Shown here piece after piece: positions 25,621-34,839 of a stretch of DNA of 64,000 nt. The stretch comes from a virus, in IMG/VR virus record IMGVR_UViG_3300033149_001257, positions 1-64,000 of that record; one strand, 5' to 3'. How positions within the stretch are numbered: position 1 is the stretch's first letter; every line of letters starts with the position of its first letter. The translations under genes were made by a program, and so were the position numbers. Under the pieces are notes generated by a model. That model was not told the origin of the DNA. It did not search any database and saw only the letters and a program-made list of their open reading frames with translations.

Positions 25621-25736
25621 GTAATGAAGTGGATTATATCCCTTGTGTTATATTTTGCATTGTGCCTATTACTTTATAGTCGTGGAAGTACTGGGTGGGG
25701 AAGTAGGTAAATATATTTCAAGAGAGGAGAATAAAG

Positions 25737-25922
25737 ATGGCGAAAATGCCGAAGGTGGTTGTGGTAATCAAGATGGACAAAGAGGCAAAGGGGGTTGCAA
25801 AAGCAATTAAGGATTTTAAGGATATATGGGATAGGGGGCTTACCTGTGACGGTGATAATAAAATAATAGACAGGTCAATAAGGACAATAGAAAAAGCATT
25901 TACAATAAAAACGGGAAAATAA
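25737..25922 (+). CDS. hypothetical protein
   Basis: AGGAG RBS. Confidence 0.6.
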   Translation: MAKMPKVVVVIKMDKEAKGVAKAIKDFKDIWDRGLTCDGDNKIIDRSIRTIEKAFTIKTGK

Positions 25923-25928
25923 ACAAAC

Positions 25929-27881
25929 ATGAATTTGAATGAGCAACAATTGCGGGCAATAAACACCGATAGCCGGAGTGTTTTAATACTGGCAGTTCCG
26001 GGCTCGGGGAAAACGCTGGTGCTTGTAAATCGTATAGTCAAGGTTTTGAAGGACGGCGTATCCCCCCGCTGTATTCTTGCCATCACGTTCACTCGTAAGG
26101 CCGCACAGGAAATGAAGGAACGCCTCTGTAAGTTGATTGACGAGGAAATTGTAAGAAAGATGTTTATTGGAACCTCCCACTCTTTCTGTCTTTCCATACT
26201 GAGGCGTTGGTATGAGAAAATGGGGCTCACCGAAAACTTTAGCATATACAATGACCTGGATAAGAAAGATATCATCAAAGACATCAAGGAGGACGGTAAA
26301 TATAAGGTTGGGATAAAGAAGATACTGAACTATAGTAATGGAGACAATTCAGATGTTACTCCGCGAGAAAAAGAAGAGTTGGATAAGATATATAAAAAGT
26401 ATCGTAAGCGATTAAAGAAATACAATGCGGTTGATTATGATATGATACTATCCCACGCCATAGAGCTTATGAAAACATATCCCGAAGTTCTGGAATATTA
26501 CCGGAACCATTTCTCTCACCTATTCTATGATGAGTACCAGGACCTTGCATTTATGGAAAATGAGGTATGTCTTACCATGGCGATAGGTACTACGTTTGTC
26601 GTCGGAGACGATTCGCAAAATATCTACACCTGGCGCGGGACAGACATTAAATACATAATGGAGTATCAGGATAGACATGAAAATCTTAAGGTTATTAATC
26701 TTGAATATAATTACCGCTCCGCTCCCATCATATGCGAGATGGCAAACAATCTTATTTCCCATAATAAAAAAAGGGTAGCCAAAAAGATTATTGCTACAAG
26801 AAAGGAAAGCGATTCGGTATACGGATGTTCCGTGACTGACGATGTTTATACCAACGGTAAATCCGAGATAGAGCATGGGATTATCGGGTGCATTAATTCC
26901 TTACATGATGATGTTGGATTTTCTTACAAAGATATTGCCATACTGGTACGAACAAACAGGCAGATTGATGAAATAAAAAATGTTATTGGCGATACTGACA
27001 TTCCATACCAACTGGTTTCAAGGGATACGTTCTGGGCACGCAGTGAAATCCGTGAGGTCATTTATTATTTAAGGGTAATGCTTAATCCCCATGATAATTA
27101 TTCTGTTGAGAAGATAATGAAACTCCCCCATATGGGCCTCACTAAAATACAGGTTCAGGAGATTATGAATTATGCTATAGGCGAGAGCGTGAGCCTATAT
27201 TCTGCCATGATACATCAAAGAGAACCCGATATGCCCTCGGAGTTTTCGTTGTTTACTGACTACCTTACCATGGATGCAGGGGCCATACTTAAAACCTTCA
27301 TGGAAATGTCTATGGGGTGTGAGAATGGGTACCTGCACTCCCTTAAAGAGCAGACACTTGAAACACGGCTTTCCTCTATTGATTATATGCTTACCGGTAA
27401 AGTCCCTGAGTTTCTGGAAAGAGGAGAGGGCTCGGATTTAAGATCGTTCCTTGATAGTATTGTCCAGATAGAAGCCACGGATAATCTCAAACCAGAAGAA
27501 GACAAGGTTCACCTAATGACCGTGCATTGCGCTAAAGGACTGGAATGGCCGGTGGTTATCGTACCAGGATGCGAAGAAGGTACGTTGCCGCTCATAAGAA
27601 AGCGTGGTGGTGATATCACGGAAGAAGAAAGACGGTTAGCGTATGTGGCTCTTACTCGGGCAAAAGAAAGAGCATATTTTATCCATGCCACGGAGAGGAC
27701 CAGCTCGTTTTCTGACCATGTAGAAACAAAAGAGCCCAGCCGGTTCCTGAAAGAAATGGGATGCGAGGGGATGCGTAGTAAAGAGTGGATTGCCAATCAA
27801 GAAAAATCGGGACAAGAAAAAAAGAAAAAAGAACGTATGCCATTGTCGTCTTCGGATAGGGATGAAAGCGTGCCGTTTTAG
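25929..27881 (+). CDS. UvrD/PcrA/Rep-family SF1 DNA helicase
   Basis: AVPGSGKT, ITFTRKAA, DEYQD, VGDDSQNIY, NYRS, TVHCAKGLEW, EERRLAYVALTRAK. Confidence 0.95.
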   Translation: MNLNEQQLRAINTDSRSVLILAVPGSGKTLVLVNRIVKVLKDGVSPRCILAITFTRKAAQEMKERLCKLIDEEIVRKMFIGTSHSFCLSILRRWYEKMGLTENFSIYNDLDKKDIIKDIKEDGKYKVGIKKILNYSNGDNSDVTPREKEELDKIYKKYRKRLKKYNAVDYDMILSHAIELMKTYPEVLEYYRNHFSHLFYDEYQDLAFMENEVCLTMAIGTTFVVGDDSQNIYTWRGTDIKYIMEYQDRHENLKVINLEYNYRSAPIICEMANNLISHNKKRVAKKIIATRKESDSVYGCSVTDDVYTNGKSEIEHGIIGCINSLHDDVGFSYKDIAILVRTNRQIDEIKNVIGDTDIPYQLVSRDTFWARSEIREVIYYLRVMLNPHDNYSVEKIMKLPHMGLTKIQVQEIMNYAIGESVSLYSAMIHQREPDMPSEFSLFTDYLTMDAGAILKTFMEMSMGCENGYLHSLKEQTLETRLSSIDYMLTGKVPEFLERGEGSDLRSFLDSIVQIEATDNLKPEEDKVHLMTVHCAKGLEWPVVIVPGCEEGTLPLIRKRGGDITEEERRLAYVALTRAKERAYFIHATERTSSFSDHVETKEPSRFLKEMGCEGMRSKEWIANQEKSGQEKKKKERMPLSSSDRDESVPF

Positions 27882-27930
27882 GTGTATATACAAACCGTCG
27901 TCGGGAAATTAATTATTAATCATTTTGTTC

Positions 27931-27959
27931 TTGACAAGTAATCAGGTATATGGTATAGT
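27931..27959 (+). promoter_or_regulatory. sigma70-type promoter
   Basis: TTGACA-17-TATAGT with TG extension; similar to the 34771 promoter. Confidence 0.75.
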
Positions 27960-27997
27960 GGTGGTGTAGTTGATTTACAAATGAAAGGGGAATCAAA

Positions 27998-28189
27998 ATG
28001 ATTAAAGCAGCGTTTCAGATTATAGCAATTATGTTTTTTATTTTAGCATGTTCATCTGTTGCTATATTTTTAATATTAGACCCTATCGCTCGGTTACTTT
28101 CGGCGGCAGCACTTATGTTTTGTTTGATAATGGGGTTTTTTACATATGGTGGAATTTTATTTATAGACTGGATAGGTGGTGACTCATAA
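27998..28189 (+). CDS. two-TM membrane protein
   Basis: Hydrophobic 63 aa, first gene after the promoter. Confidence 0.65.
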   Translation: MIKAAFQIIAIMFFILACSSVAIFLILDPIARLLSAAALMFCLIMGFFTYGGILFIDWIGGDS

Positions 28190-28214
28190 AATAAAAAGAA
28201 TGGAGGTGCGCTAA

Positions 28215-28607
28215 ATGGGAAACAGGGAAGATGTTCTGGATAAAGTTATAGACATTGTGGCGTGGGAATTGTGCATAGTGGGCACCGTGTCGCCAGAAGA
28301 TAATCTTCGGGATGATTTGGGGGCCGATTCGCTGGGTATGGTTGAACTGGTAATGTGCCTTGGATGTAAATTTGGAATTGAAATACCGGATGCGGAGGGA
28401 GATAAAGTAAAAACTGTTTCTGATTTGGTTGAATTGGTAATGAGAATGGTGGGCAATGGCGATGGATTAGAGAAAGAACTTGCCGTCATTTTAAACAGGG
28501 TGTCAAGGGAAAACAAAAGCAATACCCCCGACTTTATTCTTGCAGAGTTCATGTTAGATTGCTTGGTCGCGGGGGAAAAGTTAATTAATCGGCGCGAGGG
28601 GAGGTAG
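28215..28607 (+). CDS. acyl carrier protein fused to a small phage domain
   Basis: DDLGADSLGMVELVM...FGIEIPD...TVSD ACP motif, plus a C-terminal SNTPDFILA segment. Confidence 0.85.
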   Translation: MGNREDVLDKVIDIVAWELCIVGTVSPEDNLRDDLGADSLGMVELVMCLGCKFGIEIPDAEGDKVKTVSDLVELVMRMVGNGDGLEKELAVILNRVSRENKSNTPDFILAEFMLDCLVAGEKLINRREGR

Positions 28608-28613
28608 TCGACA

Positions 28614-28904
28614 ATGGAACCTATGTATAAAGTAGATGAGGAAGTTTGGGTGGGAACGGAAGATGGTGGCGTAATGCAGGATAGAATAGCCAGGATAAGC
28701 ATGGACGGTAAGGGTAATGTGGAATATTTATATATGGGTGCTATGGAATTTTATCCAATATATTATGTTATTTGCAGTGTGGTGGATTCCTCAGCCAATG
28801 ATAAAATAGTTGAATATTTAAAGCAGAGAATTAAAAATAATATGCCTATTGTGGTTGACGATGCTGAGATTCAAAAATCTGTTTTTGGGGATTTAGAAAG
28901 GTAA
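28614..28904 (+). CDS. hypothetical protein
   Basis: GGAGG RBS. Confidence 0.65.
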   Translation: MEPMYKVDEEVWVGTEDGGVMQDRIARISMDGKGNVEYLYMGAMEFYPIYYVICSVVDSSANDKIVEYLKQRIKNNMPIVVDDAEIQKSVFGDLER

Positions 28905-28907
28905 ATA

Positions 28908-29411
28908 ATGGATATTTCAAAAGAATATATTTTGATGTGCCGGCAGTCAAAAGAGATGCAGAAAAATTATAATCCGGTGCATGGGGATTTTGTTTTCTAT
29001 ATGGGTTCAACTGACATTGAGGATATGGTTGTTTGTGGTGGTCCAGAACACATGGGTTCAGATTCCCTTCATCCATGGACACATTATTGTAATTGTTTTG
29101 ATACGCCGATGGATGAACTTATGAAAAGTAAGGAGCATCCCACCGTCTGGCTACCGCGCCAGGACCAGCTGCAGGACATGCTGGAAGATTGCCTGGGATT
29201 ATTATTTTGGGATTTATGTAATGAACCGGAGGGCTGGCTTTGTATGGGTAGAGACGTTGGGGAGCAGACCATATACCCCCGTAAAGAGAACTTCATAAAA
29301 GAAGAAGATATGAGCAAGACTGCAGAGCAGGCGTTGTTGAAGATGTTGATGAGTCAGGAATATGATAAGAAGTGGAACGGTAAGGGCTGGGTAAAGGAGG
29401 ACGTGTCATAA
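28908..29411 (+). CDS. hypothetical phage protein
   Basis: 167 aa; WLPRQDQLQDM motif. Confidence 0.7.
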   Translation: MDISKEYILMCRQSKEMQKNYNPVHGDFVFYMGSTDIEDMVVCGGPEHMGSDSLHPWTHYCNCFDTPMDELMKSKEHPTVWLPRQDQLQDMLEDCLGLLFWDLCNEPEGWLCMGRDVGEQTIYPRKENFIKEEDMSKTAEQALLKMLMSQEYDKKWNGKGWVKEDVS

Positions 29412-29764
29412 TGAAAGAGATAAAGAAAACTGAGGCGTGGTACAAGAAGAAAAAGATAGACCCACCCATTATCCCCCTGATAAAACTTCTCCATAAGAAT
29501 GGATTCGATACGAGAAACTGCTGCGGACATATGCCAACACCCTGGGTAGGTATGGACTGGGAAAAAGATTCTGATTTCAAAAGATTATATGATTTGCTGA
29601 TTAAAAATGGCTATAAGAATTTCTGTATCTCAGGACAATGGAATACTGTTGATAAGTGGACCTATAAATCTGCAAGCAAGAAAGAACTTAATCTGAGATT
29701 TTATTTCGGGAAGCAACCGTTAATAGATTTAAGTATGATAAAAAAAGAAAGGAGGAGTAAATGA
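29411..29764 (+). CDS. hypothetical phage protein
   Basis: IDPPIIPLIKLL..NGFDTRNCCGH motif. Confidence 0.7.
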   Translation: MKEIKKTEAWYKKKKIDPPIIPLIKLLHKNGFDTRNCCGHMPTPWVGMDWEKDSDFKRLYDLLIKNGYKNFCISGQWNTVDKWTYKSASKKELNLRFYFGKQPLIDLSMIKKERRSK

Positions 29765-30018
29765 AAAAAGTTTTGGTTCTATTGGTTGTCGGGATGATTT
29801 TCTTGAATGGGTGTGCTTATCTTGAGCAAGGGTGCTCTGAAATGAAAAGTGAAATGGTTAAGTTGGACAGGACAATCACTCTCTATGCAAACGACGGCTC
29901 GGTTATGAGGGTGTGGGATGGAAAAATATTTGTTGATGCTGATGGTTCTGACATAAGATTCATGTATAATGGGAAAGCTGTAAGGATAAGCGGCACGTAT
30001 ATAATAGAAGAAAAATAG
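29761..30018 (+). CDS. lipoprotein
   Basis: Signal peptide with lipobox LNGC. Confidence 0.75.
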   Translation: MKKVLVLLVVGMIFLNGCAYLEQGCSEMKSEMVKLDRTITLYANDGSVMRVWDGKIFVDADGSDIRFMYNGKAVRISGTYIIEEK

Positions 30019-30022
30019 GCCG

Positions 30023-30484
30023 GTGATGAGAATACCAAAGCCAAAGAAAATAAGTAAAGAGGCCAAGAAAGCCCGGCAGGTGGATAAGTGGAGAGTCATG
30101 CGCCGGAAGGCTAATAATAAATCCATAAGGAAAAAGCATGAAAGCAGACATAAAAACAAACAAAAAGATGATAGGGCGGCCGCGGTATCTCTGGCTGTAC
30201 GAGAAAGGGATGGGTGGGAATGTCAACACCCTGGGTGCCCGAACCGTGGAAAGTCATTTCGTGATAGAAAGTGGCTCCTCCACGCTCATCATTCACTGGG
30301 GAAAATTGGTTGGCTCAGGTACTGCAAGCGGTTTATGATAAGCCTGTGCTGGGAGTGCCATAATGAGGATGCCCATACACGGCCGGCGCGGATAATATTC
30401 TTAAAGATATTGAATAAGATTTACAGGGCGCTGAGTATAAAGCCATCGGAAAAAGAGCAGGCTGAAATAGATAAATATTTATAA
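30023..30484 (+). CDS. HNH endonuclease (NinG-like)
   Basis: VRERDGWEC..PGC...HAHH...LCWECH. Confidence 0.75.
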   Translation: MMRIPKPKKISKEAKKARQVDKWRVMRRKANNKSIRKKHESRHKNKQKDDRAAAVSLAVRERDGWECQHPGCPNRGKSFRDRKWLLHAHHSLGKIGWLRYCKRFMISLCWECHNEDAHTRPARIIFLKILNKIYRALSIKPSEKEQAEIDKYL

Positions 30485-30505
30485 GGAGAGTGAGGGAGGA
30501 AACAA

Positions 30506-30715
30506 ATGAACAGAGAGAAAATGGTTGAGAGTCTTGAGCAGGTAAGAGATGTATTGGATAAATTAGATGATTGTATTGGGAGTGATTGGAAGGGGCAGGA
30601 AAAGAAGATGGATTATGAAGGGTTTGTAAAAGAATTTGAAGATTTTCGTTATGATTTATGTAATATGTCATCTTCAATTAATCAAGCGATAAGCTATTTT
30701 GAATTAAATTCTTAA
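30506..30715 (+). CDS. hypothetical protein
   Basis: GGAGG RBS. Confidence 0.65.
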   Translation: MNREKMVESLEQVRDVLDKLDDCIGSDWKGQEKKMDYEGFVKEFEDFRYDLCNMSSSINQAISYFELNS

Positions 30716-30730
30716 AAAAGAGGAGGATGG

Positions 30731-31165
30731 GTGAAGAAAAGCGAATATGATAAGTTGTTGAAAAAGAAAAAGAAGAAGAATCCGTATGGGCATATTAAGA
30801 AGGGTAAGGCTAAGGACTTGCCTGGGGATTATTTTTTCAAGAGTAAGATGGAAAGAAATACTGGAAGATATTTCCAGTGGCTAAAGAATAAGGGCGAGAT
30901 AAAATCATGGGAATACGAACCGCGCAAGTTTGACTTCTCAGCCAAGAAAAAAAGGGGAGTTACCTGTTACACACCAGACTTTAGGGTGGAAGAAAACAAT
31001 GGCAATATTGTGTATCACGAGGTCAAGGGGTGGATGGATAAAAAGTCACAGGTTAAACTGAACTGCATGGAGCGGTACTATCCGTTCATCGAGTTGAGAG
31101 TTATCGGGAAAGCCGAATACAAGGCAATAGCACAGTTTGCCAAGTTGATCCAGGGATGGGAATAG
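30731..31165 (+). CDS. PD-(D/E)XK endonuclease (DUF1064-like)
   Basis: FKSKME, WEYEP, YTPDF, HEVKG. Confidence 0.8.
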   Translation: MKKSEYDKLLKKKKKKNPYGHIKKGKAKDLPGDYFFKSKMERNTGRYFQWLKNKGEIKSWEYEPRKFDFSAKKKRGVTCYTPDFRVEENNGNIVYHEVKGWMDKKSQVKLNCMERYYPFIELRVIGKAEYKAIAQFAKLIQGWE

Positions 31166-31377
31166 TTATGAATAAGGCGACAGGAAGGGGAATTACAATG
31201 GGGAAAGAGAATAAAGAATTTGTTAATTATTATTTACCAGAACCACGAGAGAATAGACCCGTGAGATATTGTCCAATGTGTGGTAGTCGCATGAGAGAAG
31301 ACAATAAAAGGTTTGTATGTGGTGGATTTGAAAATCATGGGTGTAAAAACATAATATACAAGCAAGGGGAGGAATAA
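31156..31377 (+). CDS. zinc-ribbon protein
   Basis: CPMC...C..C. Confidence 0.55.
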   Translation: MGIVMNKATGRGITMGKENKEFVNYYLPEPRENRPVRYCPMCGSRMREDNKRFVCGGFENHGCKNIIYKQGEE

Positions 31378-31937
31378 TGGCTAACGGAATGAGTAGGGAT
31401 GAAGCGAAAGAAATAGCAGTGACAGTATTAAAAGAAAGAATAGATTCTGAAGGATTATGTGATTATGATGAGGAACATAAAGAGGCTCTTTCAGTCTTGA
31501 CCGCCCCGGAACATCCGGCAAGCGAGGAAGTGAAAACAAACATGGATATATTGGGAATAGGAGGACTTCTGAAAGTATTAGAAGTTAGAATATCAATATT
31601 GGAAGTGCAGTGTGATATGAAAAAAGATGATGGAATTAAAAAGCAAACAGAAAGAACATTTAGTAAAATACGTTCAAAGGTTGATGATTTATATTCTGAT
31701 AATGATAAACTCAAGAAAGCCATAACCTCCCAGAGCAACACAGGAGGAACGCAGAGCGGGGGAGAAAAATTAAGAACATCAGAAGAAGTGTTAAAAGATA
31801 TGGAAATGCTTACAGATGAATATGCTTTATGTCCTGATGATAAGTTGACGGAAGATGGGAAATCATTAAAGGGTGCGGTAAGGTTCTTCATAGAAAAAAT
31901 GTATGAGAAAGTTTTTGGTAATTCCAGTCAGCAATAG
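31377..31937 (+). CDS. hypothetical protein
   Basis: 186 aa, TAATG coupling. Confidence 0.7.
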   Translation: MANGMSRDEAKEIAVTVLKERIDSEGLCDYDEEHKEALSVLTAPEHPASEEVKTNMDILGIGGLLKVLEVRISILEVQCDMKKDDGIKKQTERTFSKIRSKVDDLYSDNDKLKKAITSQSNTGGTQSGGEKLRTSEEVLKDMEMLTDEYALCPDDKLTEDGKSLKGAVRFFIEKMYEKVFGNSSQQ

Positions 31938-32387
31938 CCACCATAAAAAAGAGATAAGGAGGGGATGATGAAAGTTAAAAAAGACAAAATGGTACAGGGT
32001 GAGATAATTGGTATGTTCAGGAGATTAGTCCATCAGTTTGAAACACCGGGCAATTATCATAAGTTAAAGAAGTTTACATTTGACGAATTAGTTGAGTTAG
32101 TGGGCGAGTTTTTTGATATGGGCATTGACGAAAGGGAAGTCTAACCCGCAACACGAATAATCGGAGAGGGAGAGGAGAAGAAATGAAAATATCTGAGAAA
32201 TTAGAGAACATAAAAAGTGAAATACTGAATACGGTGGATAGGTTGCCGGATAACCTTATGACAAATAAAATGAGGGAAGAACTGACGGAAATGGCAGGCA
32301 CGATAGCAGGAATGAGTATCTTATTAAAGTTCTCATTATTTAACGAAGAGGGCTAACAACAAACCAGACAGAGAGGAGGGGGGAGAG

Positions 32388-32761
32388 GTGAATAAAATAG
32401 TAAAAGAAGTTGACATGGATATTCTGGCTAAGGGCTACTTGCGAGAGGAAATGAATTTGATTATGCCCGGGGTGGTTCGGGTGGTATTTATAATTATCAT
32501 GCGTTGTTTTATATTCTTGCATTGAAATATGCCAAATGGGAGAATTATACCACAGTAGGAGGCATACAGAACGGAAAAAGAATATCATATTATGAAATGT
32601 TTGACCAAACAATAGACGGGCTATGTAAAGAAATAGGATTTCTCCCCGAAAGCATATCAATGCTATTGTCAGCAATGTCAAGATACAGCAATAAAAATGC
32701 AATGAAAAAAATAAAATCAGTGTTATCTAAATATGACAAGTTAGGAGGTAAAACGAAATGA
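32388..32761 (+). pseudogene. probable frameshifted gene
   Basis: RBS and GTG at 32388 are in one frame; the long reading ending at 32761 is in another frame with no good start. Confidence 0.35.
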
Positions 32762-33168
32762 GAGATAAGAAAGATATTATTTACGAGGGAGATACCAGTA
32801 AAGATAAAATGAAGTATGTATGGTGTGGGTGCAGAGGTTGTTATGAGTTTCGCAAAAGAATAGAGGAGTTATCTAAATCCATTGCCGAGAAAGACCGCAA
32901 GATAGCGGAGCTGGAAGAGAAACAGAAACACATTGACAGCATAAAAGAGAAGTTTGAGAATATAAGGGGGGCACGAACAGTAACAAGACAAGACATCATA
33001 GACCATCAGGCAGTCAAGATAGCGGAGCAGGGGAAAGAGATAGCCAAGAAAGGCGAATGTTTGAATAGGATAAGAATATTAACAAAACGATTTGAGGACA
33101 AAACAAGCAATTCAAGTTATTGTATGTGGGAAATAAAACAGATGGTTGAGAAAGGAGAAAGCAAATGA
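32758..33168 (+). CDS. coiled-coil hypothetical protein
   Basis: AGGAGG RBS. Confidence 0.7.
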   Translation: MRDKKDIIYEGDTSKDKMKYVWCGCRGCYEFRKRIEELSKSIAEKDRKIAELEEKQKHIDSIKEKFENIRGARTVTRQDIIDHQAVKIAEQGKEIAKKGECLNRIRILTKRFEDKTSNSSYCMWEIKQMVEKGESK

Positions 33169-33893
33169 GTAATACAGAAGACAGGATTAAAGAAGTTGAA
33201 ACTGTTTTGAATGAGTTAATATCTGACAGAGATAAGATGCTTTCAAAACTTAACACCTCACTGGTGGAAAAAGGGAAAGAGATAGGGGAATTGAAGAAAG
33301 ACAAAACAAAATGGGGAGAGTATCTGTCAAAAAAGACAAAAGAACTCCGCACATCACTAAAAAAGAAAGACGAGGAGATAGGGAGGTTGGAGAAAGCGGT
33401 AGGGGAATGGCAAAAGCAGTATGATGAAATGACAGGAACACGCAATAATGTAATCACAAGACAACAAGACGAAATAAGCAGATTGGATTTTGAATATAAA
33501 TTATTAACAGAAAGTGCCAATGGAACATTTGAAATCCACAAACAAGAGTTTTTTGAAATAGAAAAACTTAAATCCGAGATAGCCCGATTAGAGAAGTCGG
33601 GGGATATGCTGAAAGAGGAGAACAAAAAATTACACAGAATGCTTGAGGGTGTAGAAAGATACAGAGATTGCACAGGCGAGCAAAAAGTAATAATATTATC
33701 AGCAACGCAATATAAAGAAATGGCAGAGAGTGGGGATATGCTGAAAGAGTTGGAGAAGTTGATAAGAAGTGGATATAATGTTCTAATCACTCTCGGTGGG
33801 GAAATAGTGTTGCAGAGTAGAGATAATGAGTATCGTGGCAAAACCATATCCGAGGCGATAGCCAGTGCGAGTAAGAAAGGGGAAAAGGAATGA
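33165..33893 (+). CDS. coiled-coil hypothetical protein
   Basis: 242 aa; internal SGDMLKE repeat. Confidence 0.7.
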   Translation: MSNTEDRIKEVETVLNELISDRDKMLSKLNTSLVEKGKEIGELKKDKTKWGEYLSKKTKELRTSLKKKDEEIGRLEKAVGEWQKQYDEMTGTRNNVITRQQDEISRLDFEYKLLTESANGTFEIHKQEFFEIEKLKSEIARLEKSGDMLKEENKKLHRMLEGVERYRDCTGEQKVIILSATQYKEMAESGDMLKELEKLIRSGYNVLITLGGEIVLQSRDNEYRGKTISEAIASASKKGEKE

Positions 33894-34219
33894 AAGACAG
33901 AACAGAAAAAGAAGTAAAAAGGCAATTGGAAATGTTGAAAGAGCATAGGGACTTAATAATCAAGACAGGGCGTAGATATAGTTTATTTGGTGATGATAGG
34001 ATACAGCAGGATGACGACCAGATAGAAGTTTTAGAGGAGTACCTTGAATCAGGTACAATCCCAGACTCTGTATATCAAGACGAAATAGATGATGATGGTG
34101 TAAGTGAAGATGGCGAAGAGTTTAGCGAGGCAAGAAATAATGCTATTGAATATCTTGAGGGGTGTGATGAAATAATATGCCAAGATGATATTAATGGTGA
34201 AAAAAGTTTTATTAAATAA
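33890..34219 (+). CDS. acidic hypothetical protein
   Basis: ATGA coupling. Confidence 0.7.
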   Translation: MKDRTEKEVKRQLEMLKEHRDLIIKTGRRYSLFGDDRIQQDDDQIEVLEEYLESGTIPDSVYQDEIDDDGVSEDGEEFSEARNNAIEYLEGCDEIICQDDINGEKSFIK

Positions 34220-34260
34220 TCAGTCAGTGGGGACAATAATTCAAGGGAAAGGGAAAAGCA

Positions 34261-34488
34261 ATGCCGACTTGCTATAAGATGAAAGAACGTAAAATTACGA
34301 AATATAAATTCGTGCCCAGGTCCACAATCTGTGGGCAGTGTAAAAAGAAATTTAAGTATGAATCTAAGACATATAAAAATAGTGGGATACCCGTCAACAT
34401 AAGAACCGTTTGTAGGAAATGTCAAAAATTAAGCGCTGCCAGAAAAGCAAGAGAAGCAAGACAGAAAAAAGGGGAGAGAGGAGAATAA
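34261..34488 (+). CDS. basic zinc-finger protein
   Basis: CGQC...CRKC. Confidence 0.55.
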   Translation: MPTCYKMKERKITKYKFVPRSTICGQCKKKFKYESKTYKNSGIPVNIRTVCRKCQKLSAARKAREARQKKGERGE

Positions 34489-34490
34489 AA

Positions 34491-34739
34491 ATGGCAAGAA
34501 AAAAGATGACGTTGCAGGCGAGGATTGAATACTTCAATGCCACGCACAGAAAAACAATGCGGGAGTTGGTTAAGATGTACCGGCAGGGAATGACATTCAA
34601 AACCATGTCTGTAAGTTCGGGTATGAGCCCCCAGACAATATCCAACGACCTGGTGCGCCTGGGTAGGATTACCGAAGCCGACAGGATAGAGCACGCCAGA
34701 AACAGCAACGAGCAGCGGGCCTCATGGCGTAGGCAATAG
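34491..34739 (+). CDS. HTH DNA-binding protein
   Basis: YRQGMTFKTMSVSSGMSPQTISNDL helix-turn-helix pattern. Confidence 0.65.
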   Translation: MARKKMTLQARIEYFNATHRKTMRELVKMYRQGMTFKTMSVSSGMSPQTISNDLVRLGRITEADRIEHARNSNEQRASWRRQ

Positions 34740-34770
34740 GGTGTATAGTAAACTTTTTTTCATTTTTTCC

Positions 34771-34807
34771 TTGACAAGTAGTAAACTATATGGTATATTA
34801 GTTTACG
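34771..34807 (+). promoter_or_regulatory. sigma70 promoter overlapped by an inverted repeat (possible recombinase site or operator)
   Basis: TTGACA-17-TATATT; GTAAACTA-N10-TAGTTTAC. Confidence 0.7.
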
Positions 34808-34839
34808 AAGTGAATAAATGAAGATGGGAGGGGAATGTA

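Noticed and set aside
33014-33946. 310-aa minus-strand ORF, and similar antisense ORFs such as 7891..8523
   Set aside because: Ser/Phe/Leu-rich shadows of purine-rich + strand genes, with no RBS or motifs.
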